The notes: generated by a model not told the origin, from the letters alone. Counted from the first letter of the stretch, positions 22,432-33,534 are shown. The stretch is DNA of 64,000 nucleotides from Rebecca billardiae RCC1528 (GCA_965240325.2 OZ251250.1:620001-684000), one strand, 5' to 3'. Translations and numbers: made by a program.

Positions 22432-25244
22432 GCTGTGCTCACCGTGGGCAAGGGCAAGCGTTCCTGCGCGAAGCCTAGGAAGCCCAAGCTGCATCGCAAA
22501 GGTGCCTAACGCATCGGGCGCCACGTCTCTGCCGCATCTGCATGGCTGCGCATGGCCGCGGCGCTCAGCCGCACGAGATGCTCAAGCTGCGCGCGCGCGA
22601 GGCCGCGAGCGAGGTGGACCACTCGATCATGCCGAACGAGAACTACCTGGCGGAGGTCAAGCGCAGCGTCAACAGCCTCGTCGCCATCAAGGCCCAGCGG
22701 AAGAAGAACAACCTGCTGCGTGTAGCCAAGCTGCGGCTCTTCTCGTGAGACGCGCTCGTCTTGCATGCCTTCACCTCGCTCGACGACGAGGGCGTCGTGC
22801 ACTAGGCGCGCGAGAAGGACCGCACACTGAGCATCGTGGGCTCGCGCCAGCCCGAGAGTTCTCGACGTGGCTCAACCTGGGCATGCGCCACCCGATCCCG
22901 CCGCCGGTGGCTGGCTCACGTGAGAGCGCGCTGCGCAATCGCGAGCACGCGGGCGCGGGCGTGATGATGATCGGCAGCGAGTCGGCGGCGCGGCCGTGGG
23001 CGCAGGCCGTGGGCGCCGTGCTGGATCGCTTGGAGCACTACGGCAAGTCCGCGCGCCCGCGCGGGCAGCCGCATGTCCTCCTCCTCTCGGCGGACACGGG
23101 CCAAACGCAGCGCACTCGCGCGCGGCCACGATCGCCATCGTGCGCAACTATGAGGGTGTTGCGCTCGCGTCGTCGGAGGCGATCGCCATCTCGGAGCGGC
23201 CGGACTCGGACATGCCCGAGCTATGGAGTGCGGACGCCGACGGGATCAATGACGTGATCCGGAGCGGCCGGCTCCCACCGCGACCGGCGCCGCCAGCTGC
23301 CGCCGCTGCACGTGGCCAGCGCGGCAGGGCGGCGCGGCTGGCGGCGCTGCAGGCGGCGCGGCCGGCGACGCGGCCGGCGGCGCGGCCGGCGGCAGCGGCG
23401 GCAGCGGCAGCGGTAGCGGCGTAGCTGGCGGTGCCGCCGGCGCTGGAGTCCGCGCGGCCGGTTGCGCGGTCGGCGGCGCGGCCGGCGGCGCGGCGGGCGG
23501 CGCGGCTGGCAACGCGGGCGCGTCCGCGGGCACGGGCGGCGGCGCGGCCGGCGCGAGCGGCAGCGGCAGCGGCGTGGCTGGCGGCACAGTCGGCGCTGGC
23601 GTCCGTGCGGCCGGTGGCGCGGCCGGCGGCGCGGCCAGCGGCGCGGCTGACAGCGCGGGCGGTGGCGCGGCCGGCGGCGGCACTGCCGGCGGCGGCGCGG
23701 CCGGCGGCGCGGCCGCGCGCGGCCGGCGCGGCCGGCAGCAGCGGCGGCAGCTGCAGCGACAGCGGCGTGACTGGCGACACAGCCGGCGTTGGCGTCCGCG
23801 CGGCCGGTGGCGCGGCCTGCGGCGCGGCCGGCGGCGCGGCTGACAGCGCGGGCGATGGCGGGCCCGGTGGCGGCGCGCCCGACGGCGGCACGCCCGACAA
23901 CTGCGCGCCAGGCGGCGGTGCGCCCGGCGACGCGGCCGGACGCGGCCGGCGGCGCGGCTGGCAACGCGGGCGCGGGTGCTGGCGGCGGCGCGGGCGGCGC
24001 GGGCGGCAGCTGCAGTGGCGTGGCTGGCGGCACAGCTGGCGTTGGCGTCCGCGCGGCTGGAGGCGCGGCCGGAGGTGCGGCCGGCGGCGCGGACAGCGGC
24101 GCGGCTGACAGCGCTCGCGATCGCGCGGCCGGCGGCGGCGCGGCCGGCGGCGGCGCGGCCGGCGGTGGCGCGGCCGGCGGCGGCGCGGCCGGTGCGGGCG
24201 GCAGCAGCAGCACTGGTGGCAGCAGCAGCGGCAGCTGCGTGGCTGGCGGCACCGCTGGCGCTGGCGTCCGCGCGGCCGGTGGCGCGGCCGGCGGCGCGGC
24301 CGGGGGCGCGGCCGGGGGCGCGGCTGGCAACGTGGGCGCGGGCGCGGGCGCGGGCGGCGGCGTGGGCGGCGCGGCCGGCAGTGGCAGCGGCGTGGCTAGC
24401 GGCACAGCCGGTGCTGGCGTCCGCGTGGCCGGTGGCGCGGCATGTGGCGCGGCCAGCCGCGCGGCTGACAGTGCGGGTGGTGGTGCGGCTGGTGGCGGCG
24501 CGGCCGGCGGCGGCGCGGCCGGCGGCGGCGCGCAGCAGCGCGGCCTCGGTGGCAGCACTGCCTCGGCAGGCGGCAGCGCGGCCGGCGGCGGTTTTGGCGG
24601 CGGCGCCGAGGCGGCCGACTACGCGGAGGAGCAGAAGGCCATCGTGGCGTGCACCGGCGCTTACGTCAGCCTCGCCAGCCTCGCCGGCCAGGGCTCGCAC
24701 AACGTCCCACCGCTCCGCTTCAACGTCTGGGCGGTCACGGAGGCGGGCGCAGACGGCGTCTCGCCTCAGGCGGCGGGGGCGCCTCGTGCAGCTCGCGGAC
24801 GAGCAGGTGCAGGGGCATTTCGTGCAGGTGACCAAGCGTGCGATGCCGCTCGTGCACGCGCGCAAGTCACTCGACTCATTCGTCCGCGAGTACGCCGAGG
24901 GGAAGAAGTCGACGGCGGAGCCGCACATCTCGACGGTCGCGCAGCTCGTGCGCCGCGTGTCGCTTGCGACGTGGGCAGAGGAGTTCGGCGACAAGGTGCG
25001 GCGGCTCTGGCTGAAGAAGTACGCCAAGCGGCAGCGCGAATGGCAGCGCAGGGCGGAGACCGACGCGGTCGACCTGATCGCGGAGTGCATGACGGCGCGC
25101 AAGCTCCTGCGCGAGGAGGCTGGGCTTCCGGAGAAGGAGTTTTCGGCACTCAGGAGCAAATTGATGGCGGCGCGCTCGCCGGACCGCTCGGTGACGGTGA
25201 TTTACGGCGCGGATGTCGCGCGCGACGGTAGCGGGGCTGGGTAG
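22432..25244 (+). pseudogene. Disrupted orphan gene carried inside the TIR element
   Basis: Coding-like segments lie in different frames (EMLKLRAREAASEVDHSIMPNENYLAEVKRS; AIVRNYEGVALASSE; DYAEEQKAIVACTG; DSFVREYAEGKKS...RSKLMAAR). They are separated by stops, frameshifts and a repeat tract. No DDE transposase motif was recognised. Confidence 0.5.
23330..24610. repeat. Hierarchical GC-rich tandem repeat (GGCGGCGCGGCC-type subunits in larger 150-220-bp units)
   Basis: Recurrent anchors gcggctgacag(c/t)gc, gcggctggcaacg and gtggctggcggcac. It reads as Gly/Ala-rich on + and Pro/Ala-rich on -. Confidence 0.9.
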
Positions 25245-25689
25245 CGGCAATCAGGCAGCTGACGGTGCGGGCATGCAGGGGGGACCAGCCGCGCGCGCGC
25301 GCCGCCCCCTAGGGGCGCGCGCGCAGCGCATAGTAATTTTTCGAAAATTAATCTGGCCGCTGGACACGCTAACGGCCGCTTTAAAAAAGAAGTCGTTGCT
25401 GTGTAAACTGTAGGCGTAGCGTAGTACTCATATATATATATAATATATATATAAATATTCTCGTCAACGGTCGTCGCCGCTCGTCGCGGCCATGCACTAC
25501 CGGACAATTAAACGGAGACGATATATATATATATATATGATATATATATATGGGTCATGTGGATCTGCTTAGTAGTAACTAAATCATCATCAGCCTCTAG
25601 CTGAGCATAAGCAGCCCCTTCAACTGGCGGCGAACGCTGCGCCGAGCAGCTGCAGCGGGCAGTGAGCGGCGTGGTGCGGATAGTGACGG

Positions 25690-26760
25690 CTGCGTGAGCT
25701 GCGCGACGAGGTGAGCGTCGACCACCTGATGGACATCATGGCCCTGCAGTGACCTGTACCTGAACGCGGGGGAGAGCGAGCACAAGACATTCTCGGCCCC
25801 GCCGTCGTAGTCGTACCTGGCGTAGTACTCGAAGGAGCGCAGGCAGCTCGTATTCGATCGCCTGCGGGCGCGGCGGCGCCGGCCGAGGCGTTCGAGCTGG
25901 CCCGCGTGCTGCAGCCGCTGCGCAACATGAAGGGCGACCTCTCGCTCAAGTTGAAGCTCGGCAAGTTCCTCAAGATGCCGTACGCGGAGGTGACGAACGC
26001 GACGCTCGTCATGATGAACTCCGACCTCGCGAGTCACCCGCCGCGCGGCGTGATCACACCGTGGGCAACGTGAAGGAGGCGCCCGCCCCCGCGCCAGCCG
26101 CCGAAGCAGCCGGCGCACGAGGTGCCAGGCGCGACCGTGAAGAACCAGCTCGTGACGACGCCGCGCGTCCCACCGGGGCTGAAGTGCGACGCGTGTACGC
26201 AGAACCACTACTACGGCCCCGACTGCTCGCAGTTCAAGCCGGACAGCCCGCCGCCGCCAGCGGTGCTCGCTGCGCGCGCGGAGCACGCTGCTGCGCGCGC
26301 GAGGCGGGAGCAACCGGGCGCGGGCGCGCGCCGCGGCGCGGACCGCGGGCCCATCGTCGTGCCCGCGGGTGTCCCCGGCCGGAGCACCGCACCGGGCGTC
26401 CGCGCGGTCCAGGCGATCGAGAACATTGACGAGATGGACCACCACGACGAGGTGATCGGCGGGCGCGTCGCTGCCGCGGTCGTCGAGGACAAGGGGGGCG
26501 CCGAGCCGCCCAACCGAGCGAACTGGAGCATTGACTCCGCGGCCGACCGGTCAGTCGGCGGGATGTGGATGGTCGACGCCGGTCTGGTAGAGAACTTGAC
26601 GGCGCAGAACGGCGCGCTCATCGGCTTTGATGGCGGGGCCGCGGCCTCGTCGCTCAAGGGCGAGATCACCGCGCGCATGCTGAGCGTGGACAGCTCCAAC
26701 TCGCAGCTGATCAAGTGCGAGATGTGGATCGCCGAGGGCGTGGAGACCATCCTGCTGTCA
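25690..26760 (+). mobile_element. Ty1/copia-like LTR retrotransposon fragment (gag, zinc knuckle, protease)
   Basis: A CDACTQNHYYGPDC zinc knuckle is followed by WSIDSAADRSV...LIGFDG..KGEI..MWIAEGVETILLS, matching the copia protease pattern (WIxDSGA...GxG...LLS). The upstream gag part is frameshifted. No integrase or RT follows. Confidence 0.78.
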
Positions 26761-28290
26761 AGTAGCCGAGGTAGCCGCACACGATCGCCGCGAGGCAGAC
26801 CGCCGCCGAGAGAACGATGGAGACGATGAGCAGCTCCGTCGAGATGGCGGTCGTCACGGCCTCAACCTCCGAGGGTGGCGGCATCGGCGGTGACGGCGCC
26901 GGCAGCTGCGAGCTCGGCGGGCTGCTCGGCGGCGGCGAAGCGTTGTCCGGGCACGCCTCGCGATCGGCGAGCGCCGTCATCTTGCTGGCGTACTCGAGGT
27001 CGGCCGTGTTGATGTTGTGGATCACCCTGACCATGTCCTGCAGCACGAGGTGCGGGTTGACCACGCCGGCCTCGTACAAGTTGGACGAGACCCAGCCCCC
27101 GCCCGTCACGCGCGACTGCGCGAGCCAGAGGAACACGCGGTCGCACTTGACGGCCTTCGCGTGCTTCAGCCAGGTGCGGTAGCTGGTGAGCGTGTTCGGG
27201 TCGCCCTCGCTCTCCGCGCCGAGCCACACGTCCGTGTTCATCAGCACGGCCTGCTCCTCCGCCTCCGTCGTCGACGAGGACGAGCTGTACGAGTTGGGCA
27301 CCGCGTAGTTTGCGATCGCGTCACGGACCAGCTGCGCCTGGTACGTCTGGTTGCCCGAGGGGTAGAGGATGTAGTTGCTCGGGTTCGCCCAGTCCGCGAA
27401 GCTGCGCGCGCGCGCGCGGCGGGGGCGAGCGCGCCGCGACAAGTAGGGTGAGCGTCAGCGCGCGAGGGCACGTCGTCTGCGCGCGCTGGGCGCGCGGGCT
27501 CGGCTCGCGCGCGCGCGCATCGCGCGCGGCCCGCACTATTGCCCGTTGATGACCGTCGGCCGCTCGTCGCTGCCCACAAAGTCGGCCGCAGTCTGGCTCA
27601 TCTGGTAGTACTGCGACTTGATGGTGGTGAAGATGGTGTTCGCCTCCTCGTGCTTGCCCACCAGCATGCCGATCACCTTGATCCACTCCGCGCGGCCGAG
27701 CGGCGTCGTCTCACGCGACTCGTCGATCAGCACGACACGGCCAGCCTGCCCCTCGCCGTCAAACCCGGTGTCCGCCCCGCTGTACGAGAAGCTGTCGACG
27801 AGGTGGGCGGTGGCGTCCACCGCGGCGAACTCGCTGTACGCGGAGGGCGCGCTCGGCTCGACCACGCCGTTGTCGCTCAGGTACGTGCGCACCGTCTCCG
27901 AGAAGATGTTGTCCTGGCTGGCGAACGCCGTCACCTTCTGATACGCGTCGAGCTTCTCGAGGAACGCCATGACGACGGTGCTGGAGGTGGTGAGGCTGGC
28001 GGCCTCGACGCTGAAGACGCGCGCGGTCGGGTGAGCCGCCTGGGCATCCGTCAGGTCCGGGTTCTTCGTGAACACGTACTTCAGCTCGGACCGCCCAAAG
28101 GTTGCGTCGGCAAACACGGTGAGCACGATCAGCTCCTCGTCATCTGCAGTGCCCGCGCCCTTCTCGAGCAGGTCGCTCTCGAAGTCGAAGGTGGACGCGT
28201 GCTCGGCCTCAAATGTCACCCCAAACGAGAACTGTGCGCTCGCCACTGCGGCACAGCCGCTCAGCAGAGCCAGCAGCGTACGGGCCTGCG
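26711..28290 (-). CDS. CBA1: CBA1-like cobalamin-binding/periplasmic-binding-protein homolog with signal peptide and C-terminal TM
   Basis: ETTPLGRAEWIKVIGMLVGKHEEANTIFTTIKSQY motif. After intron 27536-27402 it reads YPSGNQTYQAQLVRDA and YEAGVVNPHLVLQDMVRVIH. Signal-like LLALLSGCAAVASAQ and TM LLIVSIVLSAAVCLAAIVCGYL are present. The start codon was not resolved. Confidence 0.75.
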
Positions 28291-28590
28291 CGCGCGCCAC
28301 CACGTGCACGCGGACGCGATCAGGCCCCGCCAATGCACAGCATGCCACGACAAGATGCGCGCGTGCGGCGCAAAGGCGGTCGGGGCAAGCAAACGTGTCG
28401 GGCAGGCACACACGCGCAGCCAGCGCCGCAACAGCTCGGCCCCGCCTCACCCGCGAGGCTGCTCACCGTCGACGTCGTCTCGTGCACGCGTTACGGTTGG
28501 TGATGTTAGCGTGCGCCGCCGCCAAATAATATGACCGCGTTCCGTACAGTTTACTTAAAGAATACACCTGAAGAGACGCACACAGCTCTA

Positions 28591-29003
28591 CAGCGGACGA
28601 AGCGCACCCTGGACGACGCCGCAGCGCCAGCCGCCGCCAGCCAGCCAGCTGGCTCGAGCGGCAGGCGCGTACTGTACGCGACCGCTCGGGGAGCACGGGG
28701 CAGGCTCGACCAGCTGCTACCAGCGGCTGAGACTGCCAGCTGACATCCGGACCTGCACCATCGCCCTCGCTCGGGGCACAGCAGGGCCATGCGAGCCGCG
28801 CACGGCGCAGCGCAGGTGGCAGTCACTGAGGTGGATCGCGCTCCGCAGCAGCTCAAGGCCGCGCTCAAGCAATCCGATCGCGGTGCAGGCTATGCTCTGC
28901 CACCAACGCCGACTTCGTGTCGACGATCGGGCACTGCCGCCGACGAATCAGGAGACCCGCGTCGTCCTACGACCTGTGTCGTTAAATCAAGTAGAATGAG
29001 TAC
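28591..29003 (+). repeat. Dispersed repeat family A, copy 2
   Basis: Colinear with 5870-6250, differing by substitutions and several short insertions. Confidence 0.93.
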
Positions 29004-29033
29004 AGCGGCCCGCCAAAGAGTAATAAGACTGTT

Positions 29034-30390
29034 GGGTGGAATTCCCATTTTCTGGCGCACTTCCGCACTGGGGAGGCGGAAAAGCGGCATTTAATGCGCG
29101 AATCAGGAACAAAATAACAAAAAAGGGAATAAAGCGCACGCAGTGCGAAGAAATTTTTTCGGGTTTAGTAGTCAGCGTAGTAGTATTATCACTATTATGC
29201 GAAGCATCACTCCGTGCTGCGAGGCGGCCTGCTTGCGCACGCGGCGTCCCGAGCACCCTCGGGGCTCAGCTGCGGCTCGGCCTGCGCACGCTCAGCAAGC
29301 TCGCGTGCGGCCTGCACCTTGCCCGCCGCCTTGACTCTCGAGCAAGAGGATCGACGTAAGATTGAGCGTGTGCCGCCGAGCTGCTGTCCGGCAGCCACCC
29401 GCGACTGCAGCCGCTGGCCGCGGTGCCTGGCCTCGGCGCGGCCCCACAGGCTCAGCGCTGGGAGCTCATCCTCCTCCTGCGCTCCTCCTCCAGGCGTTTG
29501 AGCCGCCGCCGCCTTGGCCGCCTCGTCCTCGTCGATCAGCTGAACGGCGGGAGTGATGTCTCTGCTCAGCTGAGTGTGACGTGACAAGCGAGGCGACGAG
29601 CGACAGCAGCCCGATGACCAAGCCGACGAGCTCATCGTACGAGCCGTCACGCGTGCGCTCGTGCCGTGTCTGAGCTGGCTCGCGCTCGTACGCCGACCAG
29701 GCTTTGCTCGGACTGAACGCGTGTGCTCAGGCGTCCTTGCGTGTGCGCTTGGACGGCCGCGGGCCGTCATCTGGTCCGACCGCGCGCAGCTCGATCTCGG
29801 AAGCGTTGAGCTGCTCCGCGGTTGACTCACCCTCTGCCTCAGGCTCGACCACGGCAGCAGGCCCCGCAGCAGCCGCCAGGTAGCATCGGCAGGAGCCCCT
29901 GCGCCACCCGACGCCATCCGCACATCGGCCAGCTTGCCGCACACGCGCTGGACCACGGCCTCGCCGCGCTTGACGCGGAGGTGGTGCCAGGTCGTCGTGC
30001 CAATCGTTTGGCTATCGACAACGGGCACGGGCACCTCGATCACGACAACGCCTGTCGCGTAGGCTGTGTAGCCATGTCCGTCCACGACTCCGTCGTGGGT
30101 GGACGGCGCACGCCATCGCGGCCGTGGGCGCAAGTGTCTCGTGATTAGTCGTGAATTGTTTTTTTATTCACTAATTCGCCCAGCCGCTACATCGAACTCG
30201 ACAACGGTTGCTTTTACACCCGCGGTCTTTTGACTGTGCAAATGGGGCGCCGCCCCATGCTCAAATCTGAAGAGAACGAAGATGTAAAAGTGTCTGGTCC
30301 CTAGATACTGTGCTGTCCGGGTCCCGGTCCGGTCAGATCTGAGCAGCCGGATTTTCCGCCCGGACAGGCCAGAAAATGGGATTTTCACCC
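29034..30390. mobile_element. 1.36-kb TIR element with a decayed internal ORF
   Basis: TIR GGGTGGAATTCCCATTTTCTGGC (29034-29056) versus the reverse complement of 30368-30390, GGGTGAAAATCCCATTTTCTGGC (2 mismatches). It is flanked by direct TGTT, or by CTGTTG if each end is moved in by 1 bp. Confidence 0.8.
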
Positions 30391-30394
30391 TGTT

Positions 30395-30779
30395 GATCAC
30401 CGCCCATGATTATTAGAATGATGAAGCCGTCGCCACAGTATCTCGCCTGCCTGAGCTGTGTGCGTCTCTTATTCTTAGTAATCTCGCCTGCCTGAGCTGT
30501 GTGCGACTGTCACTCACTGTGCGTCTCTTACTTATTCTTAGTAAACTGTAAACTGTAGTCTGTACTGTCGCATCGATCGGCGCCCAGTCGCCGGGAGTGA
30601 GTTCGGACGCCCGTCGACGACGTTTTGTGGACGACGGTGGGGCGAGGACGACGGGCGCTGGCGCGCCGCGAGGCGGCCGCAGCCCTCATCCAGGCCTCGC
30701 AGGCGGACGGCTGAATGAACGAATCTTCCGACGGCGCTACCGGCATCGGCGACGGCTTCATGAATCATGGCGGGCGATC
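30395..30779 (-). repeat. Repeat family B, copy 1; MITE-like with imperfect inverted ends
   Basis: atgaagccgtcgcc at 30421 is inverted at 30748-30761. The body and the ctaagaataagagacgcacacagctcagg module match 34922-35225 in the opposite orientation. Confidence 0.8.
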
Positions 30780-32050
30780 GGACAGTTCACTCAGACAGTT
30801 GGCGAGCTCTTTTTCTGTAGTCATCAAAAGATCCTTTTGACTCACAGTAGAGCGTGCATGCCCACGGCGCGGGCGCCACGCTGACGCTGTTCTGGCCGGG
30901 CGCCGCGGGCCATCATCGCGGTTATTATACACAAGTGGCTTGCAGCTGACAGTAGAGCGGTACAGTCAGCAGTACTTACGTACAGTGTCGGTACAGGCAA
31001 TCGCGGGCAATAAGAAGTCATAGAGATCTCACGGCTAGCCTCGGTTTCTTAGCCGTTCGGTAGCCCGAGCGCCTACGGAGTCTCCGTTTCTTAGCTAGGT
31101 CCGCCCGCCGCGCAGGCGCGGGGGGCGCAGGGGGGCAGAGCCCCCCGCTGAGTCTTTACGCCCGGCCGGCGAGGCCGAAGAAAATTTTGGGCCTTTTGGG
31201 AGCAAATCTGGCGCGCATGATGTTGCATGGATGCTGCGGCGCACTGGCCAGGAGTCAGTCATCAGGAGAAGTCGGGACTTGGCCTGTACTCGTAGTCGGG
31301 CCGCGCGCCGCGTCCCCGACGGGCCGACTGCGCCTCGCCCTCGGCGGACCACTCGTCAGCCGGGACGACGTAGGACGCTTCCCGGTTTCTTAGTGAATAG
31401 TGTGACTATGCGTATAGCGAACCAGCCAATCGCTAGTCTCAGTTTCTAGGCCAGATCCGCAGATAGCAAGCCCCAGTTTCTTAACGTGACAGCTCCTTAT
31501 TGCCCGCGATTGCCTGTAGTCTTACGAGTTATAAATATAACGACCGCGTGCCACCGTGCGGGCCGCAGGCGCAGGCGCCGGGCCGCGGGCGGGGCGGGCG
31601 CGGTACCGTCGGGGGCCGCACTGCGGACACGGAGTGCACGACCGACGCCATATTCAGATCGATATTGATATAGTGCGCGGCGACGACGGACTGTTCAGAG
31701 GCGTATACCTTTTACCTAGAAGACAAGTCTGTCTGAGAGAGCCGAGACAGAGTGAGTGAGAGTCTCGCGGATTGACTATTGAGAGAGAGAGATGAGAGAG
31801 ACGAGCTAGAGAGAGCGAGCTTCTGAGAAATAAGTGTGTACGTGTCATCAGCATGTCGCCGGTACACGTGTGCCGCATTCAGATAGCTCACCTGGCGTGA
31901 ATAACTACCGCACTGACTCGGCTGACTGAGCCGCTGAGTCCGGCTTGTCGGAGTCGGAGTCCTGCCTGCCGGCCCGGATGCTGACAGTATGACTCACCGC
32001 GGGAGGAAGTGCTGGGGAACGTGCTGGCTGAAGGGTGGCGCTGAGCGCGG

Positions 32051-32701
32051 TTAGATGGTGAAATCACCGTCTCGGAGAAACGACGTGACTCGGCGCGACG
32101 CGGCGTCATCATTGGTGGGCGCGCGTGGCAGGGGCAAGGTAAAAAAGCCGGATGAGCCCATGATAGTTGTAAATGGTGGATGCTGGTGGTCGGAGGTGTT
32201 GGTGTCCGGTGCAGGTGTTGTGTGCTCGACGTCAGGGCTATCGCTGACATGCATGCCGCGAAGGAGGTGGGTGGGCAGCCGCGGTGACGGCCGGCAGCTC
32301 GCGTACTTCTTGACGCTGAGCCAGAGGGTGCCGAACGCGAGGATGCACACGACGCCGCGCGCGGCAATCCCAGCGAGGGCGAATCCAGCGCCGTTCGCCA
32401 TCCTGAACAGGTCAATGTGCTCGCACCGGCTGCATTCGGCAGGCCACTGTAATGCGCCTAGGCTGCCATCGCACACGCACAGCGTTTCGAGGCGGTACAC
32501 CTCCATGCTTGCGTACAAGCCCACCGCGCCACTGAGCAGGAGGAGGCCCATGGAGACCGTGAGGCAGCCGCACAACAGCACCGCCTTGTTGGCCGCCTCA
32601 ATTGCCACCACCTGCGTGTCGCCTGCGGGCATACGCCGAGCACCTGGATGGGGTGTGCGCATGGTCAGGCACGCCCCCCTCAGGAGCTTCACGCGCAGCA
32701 T
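32051..32701 (-). CDS. Orphan small 2-TM membrane protein (paralogue of 18532-19062)
   Basis: Same conserved blocks as the 18.5-kb ORF. The start is uncertain, with several in-frame ATGs in the ORF that extends to 32911. Confidence 0.7.
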   Translation of the reverse strand: MLRVKLLRGACLTMRTPHPGARRMPAGDTQVVAIEAANKAVLLCGCLTVSMGLLLLSGAVGLYASMEVYRLETLCVCDGSLGALQWPAECSRCEHIDLFRMANGAGFALAGIAARGVVCILAFGTLWLSVKKYASCRPSPRLPTHLLRGMHVSDSPDVEHTTPAPDTNTSDHQHPPFTTIMGSSGFFTLPLPRAPTNDDAASRRVTSFLRDGDFTI

Positions 32702-33534
32702 TTGCAGCAGGTTGCGCGCGGGCTCGTGCGCGCGCGCCGTACCAGAGCTGCCGGGCTCGGCGGGCGCATGAGCATCAGTCCAGTCACACACTGTACCTGG
32801 AACGCTCACGCTGATGTGCGTGGCGCGGGCGCTCTCCGTCGCCAGAGTGGACATGACCTCGCGCTTGGCCTTGCGGGCGGCGACCCCCGCGTTGCACGAC
32901 CTTCGGCGCACCCGCGATGTTCAGCGAGTCAGCGAGATGATACTGTACGGAACCTTGGCTTCCTACTGGACGAGAGGGGGGGCGGATGGGTAGATAAGTC
33001 AATTCTCCCGATTCGGGAGAGGTTTAATGGCCCCATGGTTCGGAGGATTCGGGAGGCCGAGGCGCGCTGATTCGCTGATTTGGAAGATGAGGCGGGTACG
33101 GTAACAAGCTCAAAAGTCGTTTTCGGTACGCAACTTCATGAGAATCTCGACAGATTCAGCGCCAACAGCGAGTTTTATTTTGGCTCCGCCAATAAAAACG
33201 ATACAGTCTATCATAGTTTCATCCCAGCAATCACCCGAGTCAGCCAGTCAGGCCACTCGTATCGGATGATAAGCTAATATCCGTTTCGAACCGTTTTTAA
33301 AAAGTTTGGTGCATCTTGTCTACGGTCGTCGGACTGATGCGCCTGAATATTAATATCGTAATTACGCCCGGTGACTCGCATGTCAGACGCGTTTGTGATG
33401 TCGACGAATCAACCTCCTACCATGATCGACTAAGTGACTCACGAGGCCGCCACGCTGCGTCTGCTGTGACTACAGAGTACAGATCAGACCGCCCTATGAT
33501 GGCCTCATTCATCGTGGGCGGCGGTCGTCGTCGA

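Larger units (their letters stand above)
21869..25403. mobile_element. 3.5-kb TIR DNA element with CACAG ends and a 3-bp TAA target-site duplication (CMC/EnSpm-like, apparently non-autonomous)
   Basis: 34-bp TIRs CACAGCAACGAtTTCTTTTTTAAAGCGGCCGTTA (21869-21902) and the reverse complement (25370-25403) with 1 mismatch. TAA at 21866-21868 and 25404-25406. An empty site is present at 19859-19867. Confidence 0.92.

Noticed and set aside
23330-24610. Possible CRISPR-like array or stand-alone mucin gene
   Set aside because: There is no constant repeat with unique spacers and no cas genes. The minus-strand Pro/Ala frames lack a credible start, signal peptide or unique flanks.
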